Positions 21,053 through 31,693 of a stretch of DNA of 64,000 nt are shown in pieces. The DNA lies in contig CAYTUQ010000002.1 of the NCBI GenBank assembly GCA_964441235.1, positions 1,705-65,704 of the forward strand, in the 5' to 3' direction. The translations under genes were made by a program, and so were the position numbers. Within the stretch, counting starts at the first letter, position 1, and every line of letters starts with the position of its first letter. This DNA is from an uncultured bacterium. GTDB lineage: Bacteria; Fidelibacterota; UBA2242. The notes under the pieces are model-generated. The model had not been told where the DNA came from and made no database searches. It saw only the letters and a program-made list of their open reading frames with translations.

Positions 21053-22009
21053 ATGACATCAAAAGTTATTGAATTAAAGGGAGTGAACCCCTTTTTGGTA
21101 TTCGGAGTGAACGATGTTTTTCTTAAACTTATCGAGAAAAGCTTCCCATTGAACATCTTTGCAAGGGGAAATAAAATAACCCTCGAAGGCGATGAGAAAT
21201 GTATTCAGCAGGTAGATCGGATTTTAGGCGAAATGCTTTTAACAATTAATCAAAAAGGATTTGTAGATGAAAACGATGTTGTAGCACTAATTAATGTGGA
21301 AATCGGTGGACAAAAGTTAAAAGGAGAAATTACACCTGATACCGTTATACTATTTACAAAAAACGGTGCTGTGAAACCTCGCTCACCTAATCAAGAAAAG
21401 TATTACCAGTCAACACTCAAAAACGATATTGTATTTGGTATAGGACCGGCTGGAACCGGAAAAACCTATCTTGCTGTTGCAATAGCTATATCTGCATTCC
21501 GCAATCACGATGTTAAGCGGATAATACTGACTCGACCGGCGGTTGAAGCTGGCGAAAGTCTGGGATATTTACCGGGAGACCTCAAAGAAAAAATTGAGCC
21601 GTACCTCGCTCCATTATATGATGCTCTTCAAGATATGCTACCCTTAGAAAAAATAAAATCTCTGACCGAGCAACATGTAATCGAAATTCTACCGTTAGCA
21701 TATATGAGGGGGAGAACATTAAACAACGCCTTTGTTATTCTCGATGAAGCACAAAATACAGCCAGTATGCAAATGAAGATGTTTCTTACACGACTCGGTG
21801 TTAATTCGAAAGCAATTATTACAGGTGATATTACACAAATAGATATTCCGAATAGACAGAATTCAGGATTGATAGAAGCTAAAAATATTTTAAGAAATAT
21901 AGACGGTATAGATTTTATTTATTTCGACGAAGGAGATGTCGTTCGACATAGGTTGGTGAAGGAGATTATTAAAGCTTATAACGGTAAAAATAGTGCCAAT
22001 AATTTTTGA
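21053..22009 (+). CDS. phoH: PhoH family ATPase
   Basis: Walker A GPAGTGKTYLAVA and a PhoH C-terminal region. Confidence 0.85.
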   Translation: MTSKVIELKGVNPFLVFGVNDVFLKLIEKSFPLNIFARGNKITLEGDEKCIQQVDRILGEMLLTINQKGFVDENDVVALINVEIGGQKLKGEITPDTVILFTKNGAVKPRSPNQEKYYQSTLKNDIVFGIGPAGTGKTYLAVAIAISAFRNHDVKRIILTRPAVEAGESLGYLPGDLKEKIEPYLAPLYDALQDMLPLEKIKSLTEQHVIEILPLAYMRGRTLNNAFVILDEAQNTASMQMKMFLTRLGVNSKAIITGDITQIDIPNRQNSGLIEAKNILRNIDGIDFIYFDEGDVVRHRLVKEIIKAYNGKNSANNF

Positions 22010-22185
22010 GAAACTTAAAATCAAAGAAAATAAAGGGAATAAGGTAAAAGGGTATAAGGGAATTTCAAATTTCAAATATCAAATATCAAAGTGCCTAAAA
22101 GAGGCTCCTTCGGAGCAAATTTCAAACAAACCCATTTTAAAGCGAGCGTAGCGAGGTCAAATGGGCTTTGGTTTTACGGGAATAA

Positions 22186-22245
22186 AGGGATACCAAATTT
22201 CCCCAAAGGGGTCTCTTGCGAGACAAATCGCAGGAAAATTATTGC
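22186..22245. repeat. GC-rich hairpin repeat related to the 16.5 kb / 26.8 kb family
   Basis: ggggtctcttgcgagacaaatcgc resembles gggatctcttcgagacgagg. Confidence 0.35.
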
Positions 22246-22299
22246 AATCACAAATAAACTCGCTTTAATCCGTCAGCTGTGACAATCAAATAGGATTTT

Positions 22300-22773
22300 C
22301 TAATCCTTGATCAAAACATCAGCAGTCATCTCTTTGGGAATTTCCAAACTGAGTAAATACAAAACAGTAGGCGAAATATAGGACAGTTTTCCTCGGTCAA
22401 GAAGTTTTCTACCTAAAGAATCTCGGGCAACATATATCAATTCAACAGGAAATGTAGTATGGCTCGTTTTCAGTATCCATGTTTCATAATCGATCATCTG
22501 CTCTGAATTGCCATGGTCAGCTGTAATAAGTATATGAGCATCTAACTCCAGAAGTCTCTTGACTATTTTTCCTACATATTCATCTACAATTTCCACTGCT
22601 TGTTTTGCCGCATTAAAATCACCGGTGTGACCAACAATATCGCCATTTGCATAGTTGATCACTATAAAGGCGTAGAAATTATTTTTAAGACATTTTAACA
22701 GCGCTTCGGCTACATTGTATGTTTCCAGTTTGTTGGTATCATTAAAGTTAGACAGTTTATTTGTTTTCGCTGT
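22300..22773 (-). pseudogene. gpmI: C-terminal fragment of 2,3-bisphosphoglycerate-independent phosphoglycerate mutase (iPGM)
   Basis: The reading frame translates ...ETYNVAEALLKCLKNNFYAFIVINYANGDIVGHTG...ITADHGNSEQMID..., matching the C-terminal ~155 aa of iPGM. It is bounded upstream by an in-frame stop at 22774-22776. No N-terminal ~350 aa are found further upstream. Confidence 0.65.
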
Positions 22774-23038
22774 TCAGTCATCCGCAAGGCTATCCTATAA
22801 TCTTCTTGACTTCCAGGATTGAAAGATATATATTAAACCGTTACTTTAAAACGTGATTAAAAATAGGGAAACATGTGAAAATCATGTGCAGCCCCGCTAC
22901 TGTAACCGGAGCGTTTTCTGCATTATGTCACGATCCAAATAAATAGGGATTGGAAGGCGCAGAGAGCTGGATGCCGGAAGCCAGGACACCTGTTTGAAAT
23001 TACTTTAATCCAAAATGCGCGGGCATTAGAGGGTTGAA

Positions 23039-25195
23039 TTGTTTAAAAAATTATTAAAATCTTCACACTACTACTTTTTCAAATCCACTCTTAAATTTTT
23101 CATAGGCAACTACTGCATTCATCATATTGAATATCCCTTGAGGAATACCTTAATTTTAGCATTAGTCGTATATCCCCTGCTTACACTTAATGCTGGAAAC
23201 CAGTGGAAAGGTATGGTTGTCGATTCTTGCAACAATTCCGTTTCCTATGTTTTTATTAATAATTCAACAAAAAATTTATGGACAATTACCGACGAAAACG
23301 GTGAATTCACACTTCCATTTTCCTTTGAAGAAAACGATTCAGTAAGATTTTCCCGCATTGGTTTCAAAACAAAAACAATCAGATTATCAGAAAAGAATAA
23401 CTTACTTTACATAATACTTACAACAAATCCAGTTTTGCTAAAAGAGATAAAAGTATCTGCTAAAAAAGACCAAATAGACATCAGGAACCACAAAATGGCT
23501 GAGATATTCAAATCACCTGAATTAGGAGATATTGAGCACCGACAATTACTTGCTGTCATTCCCGGACTTTCAATCCGATCCTACGGAGGACCAGCTGGAA
23601 TTACTACATTAAGTCTTGATGGAGGACCTTCTTCACAAACCAAAGTTATGGTTTCTGGATTTGATCTGACCAATGCCCAAAATGGTGAAATGGACCTGTC
23701 CCAACTTCCCGGTCCTTTTGTGGAGAACGTAAGTTATATACCCCAGGATGAAAATTTTTACGGCTCGGGTAGCAATGAAAGTACTATACATCTAAACCCC
23801 TGGTCTGGGAAAACCGGATTGTCACTAAGCACTGGAAGTTATGAACATAGTTCTATCCATGGCACTTTAAACCTCAACAAAAACCAGTGGTTTGGAAACT
23901 TTTTGATAGGGAAACGACATGATGATGGCAATTATCCTTTCAAATGGAGAAATGAAAGTTTCAAGCGTGAGAACAACTACTTTGACCAAAAATTCATATC
24001 AGCCCGGTTTAACACAGTTATTCAGAAACGCGCATTTCTTCGTTTTCTCTACTTATTGTCTAATCAGAACAGAGGTATAGCCGGACAGTCGTGGAATCCG
24101 AGCAAAAATGCTAGTAGAGATGATAAACTACAAATAATTGGTGTAAAATTCGGATGGACTAACAAAAAGGGACATGGTTATATCCAAACTATGTATAGAT
24201 ATTCATATGAGCAATACAAAAATCCAATGATTGCAGTAAATAGTTTTCATAGGCTAAGCACATGGCAGGTAATACTGAATCAAGAGAAAAAAATTAACGA
24301 AAAAATTGGGGTAAATTTGCTTTTTGAAACTAAAAAAGATGGGCTTAAAAGCAAAGATACACATAATCATTCTAGAATTAGTTATAGCACTGCAATTACA
24401 ATTCCTTATCATATTTCAAAAACGTTTAAATTTCAACCTGCTTACTGTTACGACATTTCGCCGAATCTATATCATGAAAGCACTTATGAACTGAAATTGC
24501 TGACGTCATTCAATTTTCTTTTTATCAAATCATTAACTATTCATCAAGGCAGATATTTTCGCTATCCTACCTTTAATGATCTCTATTGGATTCCTGGTGG
24601 GAACCCGAATTTGAAGCCGGAACATACCGACAATATAAGTCTTGATATCAAATGTCATTTAATCCAGGATTCCGATCTTGAAATTTTATTATTTTATAAA
24701 TCCAGTGATGATTTAATTCAATGGACACCAATTAGTTCTTATTGGCAGCCTAAAAATATTCAGCATGCAGTCAGGAATGGATATAAAATAATTTATCGCT
24801 GGAATAGTCCAAATTTACCATTAAAAGCTTTTGCTCATTATAGCAGCAATAGAACCAAAGACTTATCTCCAGGTGATTGCTATGGAAAACCGCTTCGATA
24901 TGCACCGGAACAAACCGCTGCAGTAGGTATAAACTGTGAGCCCGAACCGCTATCCTTTCATCTTCAAATACATCATACAAGCGAAAGAATATCTATGTAT
25001 TCCTGGCCAGAAGATGTGATATTATCGGAAGTAGTACTCATATTTACCAGCTGTGCATATACATGGAAAAGACCTTCTGGAGATATAATTATTGTTTTTG
25101 CCATGGATAACCTGGCAAATAAAAGATATGAAACAATCAAGGGTTATCCAGAACCAGGTAGAACATTTAGAATGACAATAAGCTATCAACATTAA
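23039..25195 (+). CDS. TonB-dependent receptor-like outer-membrane protein (CarboxypepD_reg + plug)
   Basis: CarboxypepD_reg-like segment (NGEFTLPF...VRFSRIGFKTKTI) then a plug motif (IPGLSIRSYGG...) and a beta-rich C-terminus. The exact start is uncertain (TTG at 23039). Confidence 0.5.
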   Translation: MFKKLLKSSHYYFFKSTLKFFIGNYCIHHIEYPLRNTLILALVVYPLLTLNAGNQWKGMVVDSCNNSVSYVFINNSTKNLWTITDENGEFTLPFSFEENDSVRFSRIGFKTKTIRLSEKNNLLYIILTTNPVLLKEIKVSAKKDQIDIRNHKMAEIFKSPELGDIEHRQLLAVIPGLSIRSYGGPAGITTLSLDGGPSSQTKVMVSGFDLTNAQNGEMDLSQLPGPFVENVSYIPQDENFYGSGSNESTIHLNPWSGKTGLSLSTGSYEHSSIHGTLNLNKNQWFGNFLIGKRHDDGNYPFKWRNESFKRENNYFDQKFISARFNTVIQKRAFLRFLYLLSNQNRGIAGQSWNPSKNASRDDKLQIIGVKFGWTNKKGHGYIQTMYRYSYEQYKNPMIAVNSFHRLSTWQVILNQEKKINEKIGVNLLFETKKDGLKSKDTHNHSRISYSTAITIPYHISKTFKFQPAYCYDISPNLYHESTYELKLLTSFNFLFIKSLTIHQGRYFRYPTFNDLYWIPGGNPNLKPEHTDNISLDIKCHLIQDSDLEILLFYKSSDDLIQWTPISSYWQPKNIQHAVRNGYKIIYRWNSPNLPLKAFAHYSSNRTKDLSPGDCYGKPLRYAPEQTAAVGINCEPEPLSFHLQIHHTSERISMYSWPEDVILSEVVLIFTSCAYTWKRPSGDIIIVFAMDNLANKRYETIKGYPEPGRTFRMTISYQH

Positions 25196-25210
25196 AAAGA
25201 GGAGAGAAAA

Positions 25211-26530
25211 ATGAACAAACTATTACTTGTGATTTTGCTAATCCCTGTAACCATTCTTGCACAAACCAATGTATTTATTCTGTGTGAGGGAAACATGACT
25301 CAATTAAATTCTTCACTATGGATTTTAAATGAAGACTTAAATCAAATTACAGGTCCTATTCATTGGGATTCCATTGCAAATCCTCTCGGAGACGTTGGCC
25401 AATCAATGACTATTTACAACAATAAGCTTTATATCATTATGAATAACTCACATACAATAGAAGTTGTGGATTTATCAGATAGCATTCATTATGAAATGAC
25501 TATCTCTGTTCTGGGAGCAAGTCCACGTGAAATGGAAGTTGTTGAAGGAATTGGATACTTAACATGCTGGAATTTACATGGTATTTTAGTTATAGATCTT
25601 GATAGTGGTACTTTACTAGATACTCTTGTTTTATCCGATGTTGGGCAACCAGAGGATATAGTATTCAGTGACGGCAAATTATATACCTCAATTAAACAGA
25701 ACTCAGACTGGTCGGCAGGTCATCAAATTTTTGAAATTTCTATAAATACTGAACCTACTATTACGGACACATTTGAGGTTATTGACGGTCCAGGTCAAAT
25801 GTTAATTCATGACGGATTTCTGTATGTTGTAAGTACTTACTTTGATGCTTCATATAATTCATATATTGGCATGTCAAGGATAGACCTTTTAACAGGTGAA
25901 GTAACCAAGAAAGATTACGGACAGACGTATATCTATGATTCTGACATAACTTTCTATAATGATAAAATATATTTTACTTATTCTACCGGTATTGTGCCAT
26001 TGTCCGATTCCCTGACGATTGAAGAATCAGGGCTAATTGGTAATCTCAGTGGCATTTATTCAATGGCATCTTACAATGGTTATATTTATTTCGGCTTAAG
26101 TGATTATATTGCACCTGATGATATTATAGTGTTAGACTCTTTGGGTAACCAAATAGGAAGTTTTACAGTTGGGGCATGTCCGGGTTCCTTTGCATTTTAT
26201 TCCTCCCAACAAAATTCAATAAAAGATAACTCAAGTAATATACAAACTGCATCTTTATACTCACTACATCAAAATTTTCCCAATCCGTTTAATTCTTATA
26301 CAACAATTCCATATTACATTGGGGGAAAAAGCCATATTACGATTTCAATCTATGATCTTTTAGGACATCACATCGTTGATCTTGTTAATACGAACCAGAA
26401 TAAGGGTAACAAATCAATATCGTGGAATGGTAAAGATAAATTTGGCAAAACAGTCCCGGGGGGAATCTATATCTACGAGTTAAAAACAGGGGGAGTCTTC
26501 TTAGCGAAAAAATTGGTTTATATCAAATAA
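25211..26530 (+). CDS. secreted beta-propeller protein with T9SS C-terminal sorting domain
   Basis: Signal peptide. The C-terminal ~80 aa (FPNPFNSYTTIPYYIGGKSHITISIYDLLGHHIV...KSISWNGKD..GKTVPGGIYIYELKTGG...KKLVYIK) match the Por-secretion CTD pattern. Confidence 0.6.
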   Translation: MNKLLLVILLIPVTILAQTNVFILCEGNMTQLNSSLWILNEDLNQITGPIHWDSIANPLGDVGQSMTIYNNKLYIIMNNSHTIEVVDLSDSIHYEMTISVLGASPREMEVVEGIGYLTCWNLHGILVIDLDSGTLLDTLVLSDVGQPEDIVFSDGKLYTSIKQNSDWSAGHQIFEISINTEPTITDTFEVIDGPGQMLIHDGFLYVVSTYFDASYNSYIGMSRIDLLTGEVTKKDYGQTYIYDSDITFYNDKIYFTYSTGIVPLSDSLTIEESGLIGNLSGIYSMASYNGYIYFGLSDYIAPDDIIVLDSLGNQIGSFTVGACPGSFAFYSSQQNSIKDNSSNIQTASLYSLHQNFPNPFNSYTTIPYYIGGKSHITISIYDLLGHHIVDLVNTNQNKGNKSISWNGKDKFGKTVPGGIYIYELKTGGVFLAKKLVYIK

Positions 26531-26746
26531 GCCGTCCCGTTTCAATATTTAAAATTGAAACTTATAAGGATATTAAAATTTCCCACAGAGGTTCCAATTG
26601 AGAATTTAGCAATACCACAATCATTTTTAAAAAGAAGCCCGGCAATTGTTTGTCAGACTTCTTCAGTATATTATCATAAACCTACAAATTTATTTTTTTA
26701 TTAATTTGGATAAAATTGTCCCAACGGGATTTCCATGAGATAAAAA

Positions 26747-26812
26747 GTCTGAATTAGCTCTCATTGCCTCGTCTCGAAGAGATCCCTTTGGGACAGAGGT
26801 CTCTTAGAGACG
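26747..26812. repeat. 65-bp GC-rich hairpin repeat (copy B, inverted relative to copy A)
   Basis: Reverse complement of 16479-16543 with one mismatch. Further related GC-rich fragments lie at 26925-26965. Confidence 0.6.
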
Positions 26813-27090
26813 TTCCTGATTTATCAGAAGGAGCAATCTCCCGGGTCATAAGTACTTGTTTTTAATAGATTGCTCCGCCTGCCTGTCCTGCGGACACAGA
26901 CAGGGATACGCACAGGTAGACGTAGACAGGTCTCTCTGCTCCTCGTCTCGTGGAGAATCCTAAAGAACAAAGCAAAAATTCTGGTTACTAAAAACATGTA
27001 TTAAATCTTTCGAAATGTCAAAAGTGTCTCTGAATTTTAACAATTAAATTTGTATATTATATTTGTGAATAACATAAAGGAAAGTTATAA

Positions 27091-28551
27091 ATGAAAAAGT
27101 CTATTGTACCACTACTTGATTATATTCCAGAGAAAATGGAAAATGCATTTGCTGATTTTCAAAATAATTTTCCCTCTTTTAAAAGAACAAATTCCTTAGA
27201 CAACTTACGTAAGTTAGAATATTCTCGGTTAGACATTAATAACCAGATTTATCTTGATTACACTGGTGGTGGACAGTATGCCGATTTGCAACTCCGAAAG
27301 CATTTAGAGATATTGAGACAGGGCGTATTCGGTAATCCTCATTCTAATAATCCAAGTTCATTAGCATCAACAGCATTAGTACAGAAAGCTCGTTCCTGCG
27401 TACTTGAATTCTTCAACGCATCGCCCGATGAGTATGTGATAATTTTTACTACGAATGCTACCGGAGCAATTAAACTTGTAGCAGAATCCTATCCTTTTTC
27501 ATCAGGTAGTCAACTTCTAATGACTTTTGATAATCATAACTCCGTTAACGGTATTCGTGAGTATGCCCATGCTAAAAACTCTACGGTAAATTATGTACCC
27601 ATCACACCACCAGATTTGAGAGTAGATACGGATAAATTATTTGATTATTTTGAACGCTCCCAAAAAGACCATCATAATTTGTTTGTTTATCCCGCCCAAT
27701 CTAACTTTTCCGGTGTACAGCATCCGTTGGAATGGATTGCCATCGCACAGGATAAAGGTTGGGACGTTATTATAGATTCTGCGGCTTTTGCTCCTACAAA
27801 CCGTATTGACTTAAGTTTGTGGCATCCCGATTTTGTACCAATTTCTTTTTATAAAATGTTTGGATATCCGACTGGCGTGGGTTGTTTACTTGCTCGAAAA
27901 GAGAAATTGCATAAACTTAAGCGTCCCTGGTTTTCCGGAGGAACTATTACTATTTCTTCGGTACAGGGAGAAGGACATTACCTGGCAGAGGATGAAGTGG
28001 CTTTTGAGGATGGTACGGTTAATTACCTCAATCTGCCAGCCGTAGAAATAGGACTCAAGCATATAGCAATTATCGGAATAGAAATAATCCATGAACGTGT
28101 TAACTGTTTAGCAGATTGGCTGTTAAAACAATTATTGTCTTTACATCATAGTAATGGACTACCACTGATTCGGATTTATGGACCGACAGATATGAATATG
28201 CGTGGAGGAACAATTGCATTCAATTTCTATGATCCGCAGGAAAAACTTATCGATTACCGGCAAGTTGAAGCATTAGCCAATAGGGCAAATATTTCATTAC
28301 GTACCGGCTGTTTTTGCAATCCTGGTGTAAGCGAATCAATTCACGGTCTAACTGAAAATGAATTAAAAGATTGTTTCAAGAATAAAGAAAGAATGACATT
28401 CGAACAATTTATCACGGTGATACAGAAAATTGATGGAAAGAGCGCAGGTGCAATTCGTGTTTCGTTGGGTTTAGTAACAAACTTTCCGGATGTATATAGA
28501 TTCATGCAATTTGCCAAAGGTTTTCTGGATAAGCCAGCGGCAGAGACTTAA
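27091..28551 (+). CDS. class V aminotransferase-fold PLP enzyme, molybdenum-cofactor-sulfurase (NifS-like N-domain)-like
   Basis: YLDYTGGGQY...NPHSNNPSS...TTNATGAIKLVAE resembles the MOCOS/ABA3 N-terminal domain. Conserved Cys context FCNPG near the C-terminus. Confidence 0.5.
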   Translation: MKKSIVPLLDYIPEKMENAFADFQNNFPSFKRTNSLDNLRKLEYSRLDINNQIYLDYTGGGQYADLQLRKHLEILRQGVFGNPHSNNPSSLASTALVQKARSCVLEFFNASPDEYVIIFTTNATGAIKLVAESYPFSSGSQLLMTFDNHNSVNGIREYAHAKNSTVNYVPITPPDLRVDTDKLFDYFERSQKDHHNLFVYPAQSNFSGVQHPLEWIAIAQDKGWDVIIDSAAFAPTNRIDLSLWHPDFVPISFYKMFGYPTGVGCLLARKEKLHKLKRPWFSGGTITISSVQGEGHYLAEDEVAFEDGTVNYLNLPAVEIGLKHIAIIGIEIIHERVNCLADWLLKQLLSLHHSNGLPLIRIYGPTDMNMRGGTIAFNFYDPQEKLIDYRQVEALANRANISLRTGCFCNPGVSESIHGLTENELKDCFKNKERMTFEQFITVIQKIDGKSAGAIRVSLGLVTNFPDVYRFMQFAKGFLDKPAAET

Positions 28552-28636
28552 GCACCAATCTGTCATCCAATGGAAAGGCACAAATGAAAAAAGTGATTGG
28601 AAGTAAGTATATATGACATAGAAAATATTTAACAAT

Positions 28637-29369
28637 ATGAAGCTAATAATGAAAAGGATATTAACGCTGCTGATTTTTATGTTTTACACACTTTATTCCC
28701 ATGAAAAAATTGGGCTGGATTTTATATTCGCACATCCCAGAATCTGTTGGACTCCCCGGAAGAAATCAGATGGTCACCGGACGATTCTAAAATTGCATTC
28801 CTATGGAATAATTCAGGAGAACAATTCAGGGACATTCATCCGAGAGATAAAATGGTTACTTTATGACAATTTCCTTGCATTTAAAACTATCACCCACGAC
28901 TTGAAAAAGAGATACATCATTTTATCAAATACAAAATCAGGTGATCTGGGCACATTAATATTGCGAACACAGTAAAAAATGGATCGGCGACTTCGGAAAT
29001 AATCTCTTCTGGATTGAGAGCGGGGAAAAGATGTCATTTGGTGCCGGCAAAAATGGCTTTAACCATCTATACGCAATTCCAATCGAAAGCAGGCAGATTA
29101 TTGCTTTAACATGCGGTAAATGGAATGATATTGATTATAAAGTAGATGATTCCGGTCAGCATATTTTCTTTACCTCAACAAAAGATATCCCTAACGAACA
29201 CCACCTCTATTCTATTTCTATTACAAACGGAAAATCTGTTGATTTCATTTTCTATCCGTGTGAAAGCGATTGTATCAAATTAGATGGAAGCTATATAAAT
29301 TTATTCCAGAAGGTTTGTGAATATTTTGAAAGGAATTTAAAATGCTGCGGCGACCCACCGGAAAATTAG
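28637..29369 (+). pseudogene. frameshifted remnant of an S9 peptidase / dipeptidyl-peptidase-IV-type N-terminal beta-propeller
   Basis: Three frames together read ...PEEIRWSPDDSKIAFLWNNSGEQFRDI..., ...WIGDFGNNLFWIESGEK... and ...GKNGFNHLYAIPIES...DDSGQHIFFTSTKDIPNEHHLYSISITNGKS..., which are DPP-IV N-domain-like strings. The two 112-aa ORFs in the track are fragments of this. Confidence 0.45.
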
Positions 29370-29390
29370 ATACCTGGTTTTTACTAATCT

Positions 29391-29714
29391 TCAGTTAGGC
29401 AATTTATCAGGTGGAATTGGCTGAATACCGAACGGCAAATTTCTCTCTTTATCGGGCATTTTGACTTCACCAAACTTTGACTCAAACTTAGCAATGTTGT
29501 CTCTAAGTGTATAAAGCAGAGTTTTTGCATGTATTGGAGTCATAATAATCCTGCTTTGAACGACAGCTTTGGGAGCTCCTGGCATAACTCTGGCAAAATC
29601 AATGACAAATTCTGCGCCTGAATGTGATATTACCGTAAAGTTGCTATAGTTACCTTCAGCTTTTGATTCGGGTAGCTCTATTTTTATCTGAGTAACCTGC
29701 TTTTTTTGATCCAC
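29391..29714 (-). CDS. hypothetical protein (DUF3467-like)
   Basis: EGNYSNFTVISHSGAEFVIDF pattern. Confidence 0.3.
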   Translation of the reverse strand: MDQKKQVTQIKIELPESKAEGNYSNFTVISHSGAEFVIDFARVMPGAPKAVVQSRIIMTPIHAKTLLYTLRDNIAKFESKFGEVKMPDKERNLPFGIQPIPPDKLPN

Positions 29715-29752
29715 AATATCTCCTTGTTAAAAATCCCAAATTGTAAACCTGA

Positions 29753-30211
29753 TTATTTTTTCTTCTTTTTAGGTTTTTTCTTGGGTTTATCGGAAGATTC
29801 ATTTACTGAATTATCTTCATGGGATTCGTCCTCCCAATCATCAATAATTGCGATGTTATCCCCAAAAATATTCCATGCATCTTCTTCATTCTCATTTTGA
29901 AGACTTTTTTCGCGTTCTAATTCCTCTTCAAATTCGTCCCAGACTTCCTTACGCTTTTCAAACTTAGACGGATCTATTTCAGGCTCATCATAATCTTCCA
30001 GTTCTTCCTTTAACATTTCATCTCCATATAGACTCATATCAAAGAAATCTATATCATCTACTATATCATAGAAAACGAGTAACTCGAGGAAATTTAAATA
30101 TTTGGGATTTCGTAAATTTTTCTTACAGTGTGGACAAATTAAAGATTTTTTTAATTGTTCTTCCGATAATGGCTGACCACATTCTGGGCAAGCTAAATCT
30201 TCCATTGTCAC
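29753..30211 (-). CDS. zinc-ribbon protein with acidic middle and poly-Lys tail
   Basis: CPECG...CPHCKK ribbon, then a D/E-rich stretch and ...KKKPKKKKK. Confidence 0.35.
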   Translation of the reverse strand: MTMEDLACPECGQPLSEEQLKKSLICPHCKKNLRNPKYLNFLELLVFYDIVDDIDFFDMSLYGDEMLKEELEDYDEPEIDPSKFEKRKEVWDEFEEELEREKSLQNENEEDAWNIFGDNIAIIDDWEDESHEDNSVNESSDKPKKKPKKKKK

Positions 30212-30395
30212 TCCTCAATAATTGCGGCGGTAAATATAAACTGTTAAGCCCAGTTGGTCAAGAGAAATTTTAGATTTTTTTAATATTTTATTTTATGTAA
30301 AAATATTACTCTTAAAACGCATGAAACGCTTATTTTAATTACCTTTTATAATAAAATTCATACAGAACTTTTATATTGTGTATTACTGAAATTTT

Positions 30396-30929
30396 TCAAG
30401 TATTATTCTCAGTCGTCTGTTTATGTATAGATGTTATCAGGCTCTTTATTTGGATGTACCCGGATTCAATGGAATTATCTTCCTTCTTGTCAATTTGCAT
30501 ATTAAAACAGAAATCGGAATAATCTGATTTAAAGCCGATTCGTAATTGTACATTGCTATTATTAACGAAATATGCTGTCGTTAAATTGAAATCAATATTT
30601 AAATCAGCTGCTGCAATATAATTGTACTGAAAAATTTCTTTTACCAGACTATCTGAGGGTAGCAGAGACCTGCCAATATCAGAATTTAAAACAGGTATAA
30701 AACGGTTTGGGTCAATATTCTTGATAATCGGAAAAAATGCCTGGTGAATTATTGCCTTTATTTTAATACTATGCTCATCTATTAATGGGAAAAATACACG
30801 CTGTGCAATTTTAAATGGTATCGTATCAAATGGTAAACAAATGAGTATATATTCCTCATCTGAAGAATGCTGTGGACTGAGATTTCCGGTGCCCAATAAT
30901 TTTTTAACAGTTCGCTTTGATGTACTCAA
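30396..30929 (-). CDS. hypothetical protein
   Basis: ORF only. Marks the left edge of the defense island. Confidence 0.25.
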   Translation of the reverse strand: MSTSKRTVKKLLGTGNLSPQHSSDEEYILICLPFDTIPFKIAQRVFFPLIDEHSIKIKAIIHQAFFPIIKNIDPNRFIPVLNSDIGRSLLPSDSLVKEIFQYNYIAAADLNIDFNLTTAYFVNNSNVQLRIGFKSDYSDFCFNMQIDKKEDNSIESGYIQIKSLITSIHKQTTENNT

Positions 30930-31408
30930 TTATATCTCAATATTTTATCCTTATATCAAAATGCCTTTTTTTATATGGTACGCCTATAAGTCGAAGGGAA
31001 CGATTTTAAAAGACCTTTTTTCTTATCACTCACTAAACATTCCTTATTTTTTATTGGGTGGAAAATAAGTTATTCAGATGAAAAACAAAAGATATTTTAA
31101 ACCTGCACAGTAATTCACCAAGTTATAGGTTTTGCTCGTACCACGAAGCTCTGCTTCGCAAGCATATTTGCGAAGCAGTACGTAGGACGCGGTACATTTA
31201 TCCGTTTTAGTAAGAAGATCAGAAGACACGTCTGTGCCCGTAACTGACTCATTACCTTGCAAAACCAGGATAATGTTATCACTCATCAAACTTGTTATAT
31301 TATCTTAGATGATAAATAACAAAAGTTTTTATAGAAATTTAATTTATTGTCTTTTTACTTATTATCTGTAATTTTGTTTTCTGTGAAGATTTAAATAGGG
31401 AAATAACG

Positions 31409-31693
31409 ATGAGCATTAAAATAAAAAAGTTCGGCACTTTTGAGGGAGTTTTGACTCTACGCTCCTTGCTACTCTATTTTATTTACGGCAATAATTATAG
31501 AACTAAGCCTGCTGGTTATTCCGTAAATGATATTGGAAAAATAGATTTCTCCAAATTACGTAATGTTACAATTGGTAGGATTTTTTCTGAATTAAATATA
31601 ATTGAGCAGTGGGGACGGGAATTTACAAATATTATTGAATCTTGTAGGCAATATAAAAATATCGTTCCGGAATTCAAAGAAGAATTATTGTAG
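31409..31693 (+). pseudogene. remnant of HATPase_c_4-type (RecG-C-terminal-like) putative transcriptional regulator
   Basis: The C-terminal 'QWGREFTNIIESCRQYKNIVPEFKE' resembles the HATPase_c_4 tail 'G.GI.R..E.C...G.P.P.F'. At 94 aa it is far shorter than intact members. Confidence 0.3.

Noticed and set aside
22010-23040. tRNA or other structured RNA gene as island or remnant anchor (also checked at 11080-11180, 16380-16560, 31120-31210)
   Set aside because: The GC-rich patches do not fold into cloverleaf arrangements with conserved T-loop (GTTC) or D-loop features by eye. They are treated as repeats or hairpins instead.
28637-29369. Two separate 112-aa genes (28637..28975, 29031..29369)
   Set aside because: Both plus an intervening third frame read as one DPP-IV-like propeller sequence. 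They are better explained as one frameshifted pseudogene.
31074-31289. 71-aa ORF on the minus strand
   Set aside because: It overlaps a GC-rich hairpin (gaagctctgcttcgcaagcatatttgcgaagcag), has no RBS and a low-complexity translation. It is probably non-coding.
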